64,000 bases of DNA from an uncultured delta proteobacterium (lineage in GTDB: Bacteria; Myxococcota; B64-G9): assembly GCA_963754925.1 (NCBI GenBank), contig CAVWHX010000004.1, positions 736,001-800,000 on the forward strand. The letters run 5' to 3'. Below the pieces are notes generated by a model, which was not told the DNA's origin, did not search any database, and worked only from the letters and a program-made list of their open reading frames with translations. Made by a program: the position numbers and the translations under genes. Positions 1 through 9,848 of the stretch are shown in pieces; position 1 is the stretch's first letter, and every line of letters begins with the position of its first letter.

Positions 1-459
1 ACCACGCCGGTCATTGTCACTCCCGATGCCGGAGGAACCGAGCGCGCCCGGGCTTATTCCAAACGCCTGGGCTCGACACTGGCCATGATCGATAAGCGGC
101 GCCCGAGCCCAAATGTCTCCGAGGTGGTGAATCTTGTCGGTGACGTTGAAGGCAAGGAAGCGTTGCTCATCGATGACATGATTGATACTGCGGGGACGCT
201 CGCCCAAGCCGCCCGGGCGCTTATGGAGAACGGCGCGCGGCGGGTGGCTGCGTATGCCACGCATGCGGTGCTTTCGGGCCCGGCAATAGAGAGGATCGAT
301 GCGTCCCCGTTGGAAGAAGTGGTGGTGACCGATACCATTGTGCTCAATGAACGAGCACGTCAATGCAAGAAGATAAAGGTATTGTCGGTAGCGCCGTTGC
401 TGGGTGAAGCAATTCGGCGCATTCAGGGACGTGATTCGGTGACTTCGTTGTTTGTGTAG
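1..459 (+). CDS. prs: Ribose-phosphate pyrophosphokinase (5'-partial)
   Basis: Frame open from base 1 (TPDAGGTERAR...IDKRR...LLIDDMIDTAGTL...ATHAVLSG), typical PRPP synthetase motifs; lies upstream of rplY. Confidence 0.97.
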   Translation, partial: TTPVIVTPDAGGTERARAYSKRLGSTLAMIDKRRPSPNVSEVVNLVGDVEGKEALLIDDMIDTAGTLAQAARALMENGARRVAAYATHAVLSGPAIERIDASPLEEVVVTDTIVLNERARQCKKIKVLSVAPLLGEAIRRIQGRDSVTSLFV

Positions 460-486
460 TCGCGAAGTCGATACTCTGGAGGAATT

Positions 487-1236
487 ATGGACATCCCGGT
501 GTTGAACGTCGAATCAAGAAGCGAACGCGGCAAGGGTGCTGCCCGGCGTCTGCGTTTGAGAGGATTGATACCAGCCGTTTGCTATGGTGATCACAAGTCT
601 AGTTGGTCCATGGCTATTAATCCTTTGGAGTTGGTGTCTATTCTCCGCGGCCCGCGAGGAATGAATGCGCTGATAAGGCTCCACGGCGCTGAGGAGCGCA
701 CGGTATTTGTTCAGGAGTTCCAGCGCCACCCGGTGGAACGCACCATTCTCCATGTTGATTTCCTAACGGTTGATGAAAACAAGAGCATCCGGCGTCCGGT
801 CCCCATTGAGTACGCCGGCAAGGCTCAGGGAGTCAAGGATGGCGGTGTTCTCCAGGTGGTTGAACGCGAGTTGCTGGTCGAGGCGATGCCAGCTAAGTTG
901 CCCGAAAAAGTGACGGTCGATATCACACCGCTGTTGATTGCTCAGTCGCTGCATGTTCAAGATATCCAACTACCCGAGGGCACCAAGGCCATCTTCGATC
1001 GCAACTTCACTATCTGCACCATTGTCGCCCCCAGTGAAGAAAAGGTTGAGGTTCCAGTCGAAGTTGCGGCGGAAGTTGCCGAAGGCGAGGCCGCGGCACC
1101 GGCCGAGGGTGCCGAGGGCGCAGAAACTCCGGCCAAGGCGGCCGAAGGCGCCGAGAAGGCGCCGGCTGGCGCCAAGCCTGCTGCCACCAAGACTGGTGGT
1201 GCAGGCAAGAAAGACGAAAAGCCAACTAAGTCATAG
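487..1236 (+). CDS. rplY: 50S ribosomal protein L25/Ctc with Ala/Glu/Lys-rich tail
   Basis: GKGAARRLR..G.IPAV.YG, Q.HPV...ILHVDF, GVKDGG motifs; SD GGAGGA; prs-rplY-pth synteny. Confidence 0.97.
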   Translation: MDIPVLNVESRSERGKGAARRLRLRGLIPAVCYGDHKSSWSMAINPLELVSILRGPRGMNALIRLHGAEERTVFVQEFQRHPVERTILHVDFLTVDENKSIRRPVPIEYAGKAQGVKDGGVLQVVERELLVEAMPAKLPEKVTVDITPLLIAQSLHVQDIQLPEGTKAIFDRNFTICTIVAPSEEKVEVPVEVAAEVAEGEAAAPAEGAEGAETPAKAAEGAEKAPAGAKPAATKTGGAGKKDEKPTKS

Positions 1237-1510
1237 GGGGATCATAAGGAGTTATAATGCCATGGCCTATCCAACAAAGCGGAGTCATACGAGGACAAGG
1301 TATCTTGTAACTACTGCTGAACCGCCCTTCGAGAGAATGGCCCGATTCCCCGAAGAGCGAGTGAAACCACCTCGAAGGATTTGGCTGTCTCCCCAGGGAA
1401 CCGGTTTCTATGCCGGCGAACCGGACTCGGCACGTTTGGAAGAAACCGCAGAAGTTGTAACGGCGGTGGCATCAAGGGCCGCTGCCGTGAAAAAGCCGTA
1501 ACTGGTTACT

Positions 1511-2080
1511 ATGCTCTTTCTCATTGTTGGTTTAGGCAACCCCGGTGCCCAGTACCGCCGTAGCCGACACAACATCGGCGTTATGGCGATCGAACGGCTG
1601 GCCGAGCGCAATGGTATCGCGTTAAACCGTCAGCAGTTCTTTGGCAGAGCCGGCGGCGGCGTTATTGTCGGTCGTCGCATACTGTTGCTGATGCCGCAAA
1701 CGTACATGAATCTCAGCGGTCAGTCAGTGCAGGCGGCGTATCAGTTCCATAAGCTTTCGCCCGAGACCATGGTAGTATTGCACGACGATGTCGATTTGGA
1801 GCTGGGTCGGATGCAGGTCCGCCAGGGCGGCGGCCACGGCGGACACAAGGGCGTTGGGTCTATTGTGCAGCTACTCGGAGAGGCTGATTTCTTACGAGTG
1901 CGCCTGGGAATCGGACGGCCTCCGCACCAGGATGATACCAGCGACCATGTCCTGGGCACGTTTCGGCCGGAAGAGGAAGCAACCGTAGGCCGCCTCATCG
2001 AGCGAGCCACCAGTGCCGTTGAGGTAGTTTTAGAAGCCGGACTTAACCAGGCCATGAACCAGTTCAATACGTGGCCGTAG
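1511..2080 (+). CDS. pth: Peptidyl-tRNA hydrolase
   Basis: LIVGLGNPG..Y..SRHNIG, PQTYMNLSG, HDDVDL, GGHGGHKG, RVRLGIGRP. Confidence 0.98.
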   Translation: MLFLIVGLGNPGAQYRRSRHNIGVMAIERLAERNGIALNRQQFFGRAGGGVIVGRRILLLMPQTYMNLSGQSVQAAYQFHKLSPETMVVLHDDVDLELGRMQVRQGGGHGGHKGVGSIVQLLGEADFLRVRLGIGRPPHQDDTSDHVLGTFRPEEEATVGRLIERATSAVEVVLEAGLNQAMNQFNTWP

Positions 2081-2149
2081 GAGAATGAAAAGTAATTAGT
2101 AAGCTGCACCGTTGCTAAGGGAAGGCCCCGCAGCTAACCCCGGGCAACC

Positions 2150-2207
2150 AAACCTACTCCTTGCTCCCGTCACCTAACGGGGGCTGCTAACCCAGAAGGA
2201 GGCTTAC
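2150..2207 (+). promoter_or_regulatory. Probable S6:S18 ribosomal protein leader (autoregulatory RNA)
   Basis: CTCCTT (2157-2162) can pair with the rpsF SD AAGGAG (2196-2201), enclosing an inner hairpin CTCCCGT/ACGGGGG (2164-2183); sits directly upstream of rpsF. Confidence 0.65.
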
Positions 2208-2729
2208 ATGCTCATGCGGGAGTACGAAACCCTCTATATTGTGCGACCCGACCTGGCCGACGAAAACCTCGCCCAGCTCAACGAGCGGTTGACCGGTGTC
2301 CTTGCTCGTGAAGGCGCCAAGATCTTACGATTGGATGTCTGGGGCAAGAAAAAGCTTGCGTTTGAGGTCAAGAAAAACCCTAAAGGGATCTATTTCCACC
2401 TCAAGTATCTCAGCCCCCCCCACGTCGTCGCGGAGTTTGAGCGCAACCTGCGCATGATCGAACCGGTGATTCGCTACCAGACCATTAAAGTCGCCGAAAA
2501 CGTTGACGTCGATGGGCGAATCCTTGAGCAGCAGGCCGAGGACAAGGCCCGCGCAGCGAACGAGGAAAAGCGTCATAAGGAGGCCGATAATCAATCGGCC
2601 CATCGAGCCAATGCTGACAATGGCCAGCCCGAAAACTGGGATGCCCGGCCGGTTGATGCAACGAACGATGAAGAGGGCACCGCGGACGTGGCGGCGGAAG
2701 ATGCCGAGGATTGGGAGGATGAACAATGA
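2208..2729 (+). CDS. rpsF: 30S ribosomal protein S6 with acidic C-terminal extension
   Basis: [36 protein letters not shown] motifs. Confidence 0.97.
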   Translation: MLMREYETLYIVRPDLADENLAQLNERLTGVLAREGAKILRLDVWGKKKLAFEVKKNPKGIYFHLKYLSPPHVVAEFERNLRMIEPVIRYQTIKVAENVDVDGRILEQQAEDKARAANEEKRHKEADNQSAHRANADNGQPENWDARPVDATNDEEGTADVAAEDAEDWEDEQ

Positions 2730-2971
2730 ACAATACCAAGAAACGCCGGCGCCCGCTGGTCCGCAAAAAGATCTGTCGGTTTTGCGTCGATAAAAACAGC
2801 ACCGTGGACTACCGCGATCCGAACACCTTGCGGTTGTTCGTGACCGAGCGCGGGAAAATTATTCCCCGCCGTATATCGGGCAATTGTGCCACCCACCAGC
2901 GCAAGATTTCCAAAGCCATCAAGCAGGCGCGGCAAATTGCGCTGATGCCGTACACCAATACCACGGTGTAG
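2726..2971 (+). CDS. rpsR: 30S ribosomal protein S18 (zinc-binding type)
   Basis: [46 protein letters not shown] overlap with rpsF. Confidence 0.98.
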   Translation: MNNTKKRRRPLVRKKICRFCVDKNSTVDYRDPNTLRLFVTERGKIIPRRISGNCATHQRKISKAIKQARQIALMPYTNTTV

Positions 2972-2990
2972 TGGGCGTGCGGAGAGAACC

Positions 2991-3434
2991 ATGCAAGTGA
3001 TCCTTCGCGAATCGATACCGGAGCTCGGCAACGTTGGCGATGTGGTAACCGTCGCCGACGGCTATGCCCGCAACTATCTTCTTCCCAAACGCCTCGCGCT
3101 CAGGGCCAATCCCAAGAATGCCCAGGAGCTCGATCACCAGAAGCGCCTTATCGAACGTCACAAGCTCAAGGTGCGGGGGGACGCGGCGACGTTGGCCCAA
3201 AAACTGGAAAGCGTTTCTCTGACCATTCCCATGTTGGTAGGAGAGCAAGACAAGCTTTTCGGCTCGGTGACCGCACGCGATCTTGAGACCGCATTAGCCC
3301 AGGAGGGCATCACGATATCGCGCAAGCATTTTGTGTTGGGCGAGCCAATCAAGAGCTTGGGTGTCTACACCATAGACGTGCGTCTCCATCCAGAAGTGGT
3401 GGGCAAGCTCAAGGTTTGGGTTGTAGCCAAGTAA
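2991..3434 (+). CDS. rplI: 50S ribosomal protein L9
   Basis: MQVIL...LG..GDVVTVADGYARNYLLP, KLFGSVT, PIKSLG. Confidence 0.98.
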   Translation: MQVILRESIPELGNVGDVVTVADGYARNYLLPKRLALRANPKNAQELDHQKRLIERHKLKVRGDAATLAQKLESVSLTIPMLVGEQDKLFGSVTARDLETALAQEGITISRKHFVLGEPIKSLGVYTIDVRLHPEVVGKLKVWVVAK

Positions 3435-4823
3435 ATGGAGCGCACCATGAACGCCGAATCGCCGGCGCGTTTGCCGCCCCAAAACCTTGAGGCCGAACGG
3501 TCGGTGTTGGGCTCAATCCTTCTGGACAATGACGCGTTCGAGCAGATTACCGATCAGATCCAGGAAGAAGACTTTTACCGCGAGGCACATCGCAAGATTT
3601 TCGCCGCCATGCGTGCAATGGCCGAAAAAGGCGAGGCCATCGACTATCTGACGCTCGGCGAGCACCTCAAAACACACGGTCAGTTAGAGGAGGTCGGGGG
3701 GCCCGCTGCCATTACGTCTCTGACCGACGAAGTGCCGAGCGCCGCCAACGTTCAACACTATGCTCGCATCGTCGCCGATAAGGCCCTGGCGCGGCGCTTG
3801 ATTCACGCCTCGAGCGAGATTTTACGGGCCGGCTTTGAGGAAAGTGAAAAACTCGACGAGTATATCGACCGGGCCGAGCAGCTTATCTTTTCCGTCTCAC
3901 AAAAACGATCCGCACTCGGAGTAGTGCCGCTCAAGGAACTGATTAAGGATAGCTTCGTTACCATCGAGAAACTCTTCGAACGCAAGGAGATCTATACCGG
4001 CGTGCCCTCGGGATTTCGAGATCTCGATGATAAAACAGCTGGCTTCCAGCCTTCCGATCTTATTATTTTGGCGTCGCGCCCCGCGATGGGCAAGACCAGC
4101 CTGGCGCTTAATTTCGCACAACATGCTGCCCAAAAGGCGCGCGTGCCAACACTGGTGTTCTCCTTGGAGATGAGCAAGGAGTCGCTCGCCATGCGGCTTC
4201 TATGCTCGGAGGCGCGGGTGGACTACCACGCCCTGCGCCAAGGCCGCCTGTCGGAGTCGGATTGGGCCCGCCTCGCCCGGGCGGCCGGATTGCTCAGTGA
4301 CGCCCCGTTGTATATCGACGACTCGCCGGGCATCCGGGTGATGGAAATGCGCGCCAAGGCACGGAGGCTGCAGGTAGATTTATCCAGGCAAGTTGACGAT
4401 AAGGGCCAACCGCTTAAGCTCGGGATGATTGTGGTGGATTACCTGCAGCTTATCCAGGCGCCGCGCTCTTCCGACAGCCGCGAACGAGAGATTTCGGAGG
4501 TCTCCCGAAGCCTCAAGGGTCTGGCTAAGGAGATAGGCGTGCCGGTTGTTGCACTATCGCAGTTATCCCGTAAGCCCGAGTCGCGCGAGTCTAAGAAACC
4601 GCAGCTTTCCGACCTACGCGAGTCGGGCGCCATCGAGCAGGACGCCGACGTGATTCTGTTTATTTATCGAGATGAGGTCTACAACGAAGATACCAACAAA
4701 AAGGGCATCGCTGAAATCATCATCGGCAAACACCGCAACGGTCCCACTGGTTCTCTGGAGCTGAAGTTCTTCTCGCAGTTTACCCGCTTCGAGAGTCTCT
4801 CCCGGGAGCGCAGCGAACCGTAG
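3435..4823 (+). CDS. dnaB: Replicative DNA helicase
   Basis: PPQNLEAERSVLG, ASRPAMGKT (Walker A), FSLEMS, VDYLQLI, ALSQLSR, SDLRESGAIEQDAD, KHRNGPTG. Confidence 0.98.
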   Translation: MERTMNAESPARLPPQNLEAERSVLGSILLDNDAFEQITDQIQEEDFYREAHRKIFAAMRAMAEKGEAIDYLTLGEHLKTHGQLEEVGGPAAITSLTDEVPSAANVQHYARIVADKALARRLIHASSEILRAGFEESEKLDEYIDRAEQLIFSVSQKRSALGVVPLKELIKDSFVTIEKLFERKEIYTGVPSGFRDLDDKTAGFQPSDLIILASRPAMGKTSLALNFAQHAAQKARVPTLVFSLEMSKESLAMRLLCSEARVDYHALRQGRLSESDWARLARAAGLLSDAPLYIDDSPGIRVMEMRAKARRLQVDLSRQVDDKGQPLKLGMIVVDYLQLIQAPRSSDSREREISEVSRSLKGLAKEIGVPVVALSQLSRKPESRESKKPQLSDLRESGAIEQDADVILFIYRDEVYNEDTNKKGIAEIIIGKHRNGPTGSLELKFFSQFTRFESLSRERSEP

Positions 4824-4924
4824 GAAGCAGATTCGGAATTGTACTGTTGCCAACTCGGATATGATTGTTGGTAATGCCGATAGAGAAAGGCCACGCGATG
4901 CGTAGCTTTTCTACGAATGAGTAG

Positions 4925-6430
4925 TTACTTCTGGATTGACACAAACAACTGGGCTTGGCCGCGCTGGACCAGCAACAGCACTTTATTACTCTTACTGATG
5001 GCCAAGGACTTCTGAAAGTCCCTGAGGCTGCCAACCGGTTTTCGATTGATCTCCAGAATCACATCGCCCGGCTGAAGTATGCCAGCGGTTGGACTGGCCT
5101 CGTCCACCTGATTGACCAACAAGCCACGCGTGGCCTCATCGAGACCAAGCCGGCGCGCTCGCTCCGGCGTCAGCGGCGTCAGCCGCAGCCCCAGATCACT
5201 CTGGACCTCGTTGGACGAGGGCGCCTCGCCCAGCGCCATGGCTTCGCCGGCCTCGCGCTCACGCAACGTCACGGTGAAGGTAAGCGGTTTATTATCGCGC
5301 AGCACCTGCAGCGTAATCTTAGAGTTCGGCAGATAGGTACCTATCCGACGGGTCAAGGTGCGGGCGTCTTCCACTCCCTTGCCGTCAACCGACACCACAA
5401 TGTCACCGGTCTTGAGGCCGGCCTGCTCAGCCGGACTGCCGGCAAATACCTGCGCGATAAGCACCCCTTTTTGCTCGGGGACATTGAAGTTCTCGGCCAG
5501 CTCTTGTGACAGATCCTGGATGCCTATCCCCAACCAGCCGCGACTGACCTTCCCCTTCTGTTGAAGCTGGGGCAGCATTTCCTTGGCCATGTTGACCGGA
5601 ACAGCGAAGCCCACGCTATTGCCGCCTTGGATGATAGCGGTGTTGATCGCGACCACATTGCCGGCCGTGTCAAACAGCGGACCGCCCGAGTTCCCCGGAT
5701 TGATCGAAGCGTCGGTCTGAATGAAATCATCATAGACGCCATGTCCGATCTCACGATCCTTGCCGCTGACAATACCCGCGCTCACACTATGACCCAGTCC
5801 AAAGGGATTGCCAATCGCGATCACCCAATCACCCACTTCAAGCTTGTCCGAGTCTCCTAAATAAACGAACGGGAGACTTCCCTTGGCATTTATTTTCAGA
5901 AGCGCGATATCCGTGCGCTCATCGGCGCCGATGACTTTGGCATCGAAGCTACGGCCATCAACCAGTTTAATTTTTATTTCGGATGCATTGGCCACCACAT
6001 GGTTATTGGTGATCAAGTAGCCGTCCGGGCTGATGACGAAGCCCGATCCCAACGCCCGGGTTTTCATCTCGCCCGAAGGCCCCCCAAAGAAAAAGCGCCC
6101 GAACGGATCGTCCATGCCGCCAAACCACTGAAACGGATCAACCTGGTTTTGGCCGCGGACTCGAGAGCGCGCCTTGATCACCTGGGTGGTATAGATATTA
6201 ACTACCGCCGGTTTGAGTTGTTTGACCAAGCCGGCAAGTGATGGTAATGGCGTGTATCCCCCCAAGAGAATAGGATCGTTGGGTTTACTGCGTTCCTGCC
6301 ATATGGATCTGGCCTCCCCAGCACCGCTTGCCGACCAGGGGAGTGCGACAAAGACTACTAAAATACCTACTAAGGAGATCGTACCGAGCCATACCCAGCG
6401 ATGGTGAAAAACATCCTTCATACCTTGCAT
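4925..6430 (-). CDS. Do/DegP/DegQ-family serine endoprotease with two PDZ domains
   Basis: LGSGFVI, TNNHVV, TDIAL, IQTDASINPGNSGGPL catalytic motifs; RGWLGI PDZ start; N-terminal hydrophobic segment. Confidence 0.95.
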   Translation of the reverse strand: MQGMKDVFHHRWVWLGTISLVGILVVFVALPWSASGAGEARSIWQERSKPNDPILLGGYTPLPSLAGLVKQLKPAVVNIYTTQVIKARSRVRGQNQVDPFQWFGGMDDPFGRFFFGGPSGEMKTRALGSGFVISPDGYLITNNHVVANASEIKIKLVDGRSFDAKVIGADERTDIALLKINAKGSLPFVYLGDSDKLEVGDWVIAIGNPFGLGHSVSAGIVSGKDREIGHGVYDDFIQTDASINPGNSGGPLFDTAGNVVAINTAIIQGGNSVGFAVPVNMAKEMLPQLQQKGKVSRGWLGIGIQDLSQELAENFNVPEQKGVLIAQVFAGSPAEQAGLKTGDIVVSVDGKGVEDARTLTRRIGTYLPNSKITLQVLRDNKPLTFTVTLREREAGEAMALGEAPSSNEVQSDLGLRLTPLTPERARRLGLDEATRGLLVNQVDEASPTAGILQPGDVILEINRKPVGSLRDFQKSLAISKSNKVLLLVQRGQAQLFVSIQK

Positions 6431-6603
6431 GTAATCCTCCGCAATCAGTAGTCAAATTATGCTTCAAGCCTACCCGAACACGTCATTCCTCGGGCCTAGC
6501 GTTCTTATCGGCACTTGTTATTAACACCGCTCCAACAGTTTTCATTCCCTGGCAAGAAGCTCGATAGCGGGTCGCCTGCTATCCGCAAGTCTCTGTGTTG
6601 CCC

Positions 6604-6858
6604 CTATTTTATTCCCAACTTACGCATACGCAACCGAAGGGTATTTCGATGAATTCCGAGAATCCGGGCAGCCTCCTGACGAAATCCTCGGCCGCGCTTG
6701 AGGGCCTCCTCGATCAATACCCGCTCGACTTCTTCAAGCACCCGCGTGTAGAGGTCAGGCAAGTGGTGCGAACCAATCTGATCCAGCAATGAGCGCAGCC
6801 GTCGACGGACTACATCGGCTAACGGCAGATCTTCAATGCGTTGGTCGTTCCCACTCAC
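6604..6858 (-). CDS. Stand-alone Fis-family helix-turn-helix protein
   Basis: LY..VLEEVERVLIEEAL..RG....AARILGIHRNTLR.RMRKLG. Confidence 0.88.
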   Translation of the reverse strand: MSGNDQRIEDLPLADVVRRRLRSLLDQIGSHHLPDLYTRVLEEVERVLIEEALKRGRGFRQEAARILGIHRNTLRLRMRKLGIK

Positions 6859-7051
6859 GCGTATTCTTCCCTACCCCTTTTGTGCAACGACCCCAAACAT
6901 TCAACGAAATACCAATGCACAGCGAAGATAGTTCTCTTTTCAAAAAAAGCAATAGATTTTGGAACATGGATCCTCCTTTGACAGATCTCGCTGCCTTTGT
7001 TAGAATGCATGCCGTCAGCCTGAGTGTCGAGCTCCATTCACAGGCAAAGAG

Positions 7052-8005
7052 ATGATGACGGCCCTCAAGGATGGGCAATCCCTATCAGATACCGAGATCG
7101 CAGGGTATCTTATGTTCCTGCGTTCTAATCCCCATTCACGGGTATTTGCGCCTCTTGCCGAGTTTCTCATGCAGAGCGACAGGCTCGCCGAGGCCGAGCA
7201 CATCTGCCGCAACGGGTTAGCGTCCAATCCTGACTTTGCTTCGGGGCACTTGGCTTACGCACGGGTACTGTTTCGTCTGCTTCGCTATCCTGAGGCGCTT
7301 GAAGAGGTTAAGCAAACGCTCAGGCTCAATCGAAGTAACGTTGATGCGTATCTGATCGCGGCCGAGATTTACCTGATCCATAACCGGCACCACGCAGCTC
7401 AACAGGCCTGCGTGAGAGCTCTCGAGATCGATCCCCGCAAGGCCGAAGCCGAGCAGCTCCTGAGTCGAATACATCAAGCAACCCCACCTCCGGATCCGCT
7501 ACCCGCCAGAGACCCAGCCGCCAATCATTCTATGACCATAACTGATTCTCGACCGAGTCAGGGGTTGCGATTGAAACAACCGGTGCCTGCCGAAAAACCG
7601 CTGAGAGAGATCATCGCCGAAGTAGGACAGCTGGCGGAGCTGGTCCTCGACCAGCGTCAACAACCATTCTCAGCCGAGTCAAGCGGCAGTCAACCACGAT
7701 CAGAGGTGTCAGACCCCCCGCCGATGGCTCAATCGACCCTGCCGACCGTCGATTTAGCCCAGGCCGTCATCGATTCCTATGCCGATCGGGTGTTGCCTGG
7801 GGTTACCGACCTCTCTCCACCTCGCCTGCCGCGCACCGACCGATGGATCAATCTGCTGTGGCTGATCGTGATCTTCGGCATTCTCGGTTTTCTGGCCGTA
7901 TTATTTTTTCATTTTGGAAGCAATCGAAATAATCCGACCCTACCTGATATGGTCGGTAGGACCCCCAACGTCCAAACGAGCAATAATTCGCTGCAAGGAA
8001 AATAG
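7052..8005 (+). CDS. Tetratricopeptide repeat protein with C-terminal transmembrane segment
   Basis: NPHSRVFAPLAE...EAEHICRNGL..NPDFASGHL TPR pattern; Pro-rich linker; hydrophobic WINLLWLIVIFGILGFLAVLFF. Confidence 0.75.
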   Translation: MMTALKDGQSLSDTEIAGYLMFLRSNPHSRVFAPLAEFLMQSDRLAEAEHICRNGLASNPDFASGHLAYARVLFRLLRYPEALEEVKQTLRLNRSNVDAYLIAAEIYLIHNRHHAAQQACVRALEIDPRKAEAEQLLSRIHQATPPPDPLPARDPAANHSMTITDSRPSQGLRLKQPVPAEKPLREIIAEVGQLAELVLDQRQQPFSAESSGSQPRSEVSDPPPMAQSTLPTVDLAQAVIDSYADRVLPGVTDLSPPRLPRTDRWINLLWLIVIFGILGFLAVLFFHFGSNRNNPTLPDMVGRTPNVQTSNNSLQGK

Positions 8006-8035
8006 AACCCCGCCAGGGAACGCGCCTCTATCGGC

Positions 8036-9701
8036 TCAGAGCCCAGTGCTTCGCAGCAGAACACTTATATCTTCTATTTGATAATGCTGTTTAAGAAACT
8101 CGGCAACTTCAGGGGATGAGGCGTCGCGGGTCGAAAACAAATAGAGCATGTATTTCTCAGTTGCCTCGGGCAACGCATTCTTACTCGCCTGCCGGGCCCC
8201 CGCGATAAGCTCTTCCTGGAAGCGCCCACAATGATCTTCTATCCGCTTGAAAATAGCGGTCGCGGCAGCGGCCATAGCTTCCTGGGTAAGTTCCGCATCC
8301 GTCTTTGGAAACTGAAGCGGATCGGCCACAATGGCATATTTGGCATTGGCCGGATTGGTCTTGTCGCTAACCGAGGCCGAGCCTGCGGCGGCTTCCTTAA
8401 AGATTTCTCCTTTTCCCATCCTCGTCGCCACCACGTTTAACTTTCACGGTGGCGGTGCGGGTGACCGTGGTTATCTGATAGGTATGCGTATCGAATACCG
8501 GCTCGTCCAGCTTACGGGGGGTGCGCGTCAGCTCATCCCGCAACTGCAATTCCTGATCCTTCGCGCGAATGAGCTCGGCCCGACGATCGGCAAGATGTTC
8601 TTGGGCTTCGCTGAAACGGTCGCGGAGCGCGGCATCGTCTTCATCGGGGCCAGCGTCGGCAAAAGCTTGGCGTATCTGCTCAACATCCTGCTCGTCCTTT
8701 TTGAGCAGCGCGTTCAACTCGGTGGCGCGCTCGCGTCCCTGCTTGATCGCAGTTTTGATCTCCTGGTGCTTAGGGTTGTCGACCTTGCGAACACCGGATT
8801 GGTACTTTTGCTGCGCCGGGCTATTAACGCTTTTGAGGGAAATACTGACCGCCTGGAGCGCAACGTTCAACGTCAGCCTACTGTTTTCTCCATCGATCCA
8901 AGTGAAAATTGGGCATTTCTCGGCCTTCTGACCCCGCAGGAGTACCATCACCTGATCCGTACCCACCCTGAGCGGACCGGCAACCCGGTTCGGCGCCAGG
9001 CGCACCGCGTAATCCGCAGACTGAATCAGCTTCTCGCGGCAGGCGTTCTCGTGCGCCAACGAGTCTTGATACGCGCCGCGCATCAAGCGCAGTTTGACGA
9101 GCGCAATGAGGGCATTGCCGTACAGCCCACGTTGCTCGTCGTGCTTGGCGGTTTCGAGGAGTTTTTCCGCCCATGCCGACTCAGCTTCGGTCAGCGCTTG
9201 CTGAGCGGTGGGGTCCCCAGGTACCTCACTGAGAACCGCCTTGATTTTTGAAATCCCGTTTTCGAATTCACCTTTTTGAACTACCTGCCGGGCTTCTGAC
9301 ACAACCCCCAGAACCGCCTGTTTAAGATTCTGGCGAAAAACGTCCTGGGTGGCGTCGAGTTCTATCGCTCTTTTAAAGGCATTGATTGCCAAAGGATAAT
9401 CCTTTGACTCCAACGCGAGCCGACCGCCTTCATTGGCGTTTTGCGCCATGAGCTTTTTGGTTTGGTTGATGCGTTGCGTGGCTTCGGGATCGTTGGGTTT
9501 TTCCTTGGCCGCGAGCTGGTATTCGTTCAGCGCTTCCTCATGCAAACCTATTTTGGCTAATTGATCCCCGCGAACGATATGGGCAGATGCTCCCCCGCAA
9601 CCCGCAACAACCCAAACCAAACTGAGCATGACCAGCCAGATATACCATCCAGAAAAGGGCTGCAGTGTTCTAACGCATACTAACGATGGGTATGGTTTCA
9701 T
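8036..9701 (-). pseudogene. TPR/coiled-coil lipoprotein split by a single-base frameshift near 8440 (pseudogene or sequencing indel)
   Basis: ORF 8397-9701 has lipobox VVAGC and TPRs; removing one A from GTGAAAGTTA joins it in frame to ORF 8036-8434 (TVKLNVVATRMGKGE...). Confidence 0.65.
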
Positions 9702-9848
9702 AGGTAGAATGTAGCGGCGTCAGCGGCATGATGTCAACCGGTAGTATTCATTCAGTGAGGAATCTTGTTAATTCAATGGTCGTCAGTTGTCTGGGAATTG
9801 GTCGTCGAGAGTTGGGCGCAGAATCTTAAAACCTGCTGAAGACTGGCG

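Noticed and set aside
938..1261. 5' part of the 187-aa ORF overlapping rplY
   Set aside because: Alternative frame of the GC-rich rplY tail; only the part from 1262 is kept as a weak candidate
4365..4425. Intein in dnaB
   Set aside because: Only a ~10-aa loop insertion; normal protein length and no splicing motifs
8331..9251. 306-aa plus-strand ORF
   Set aside because: Antisense shadow of the TPR lipoprotein with no recognisable motifs
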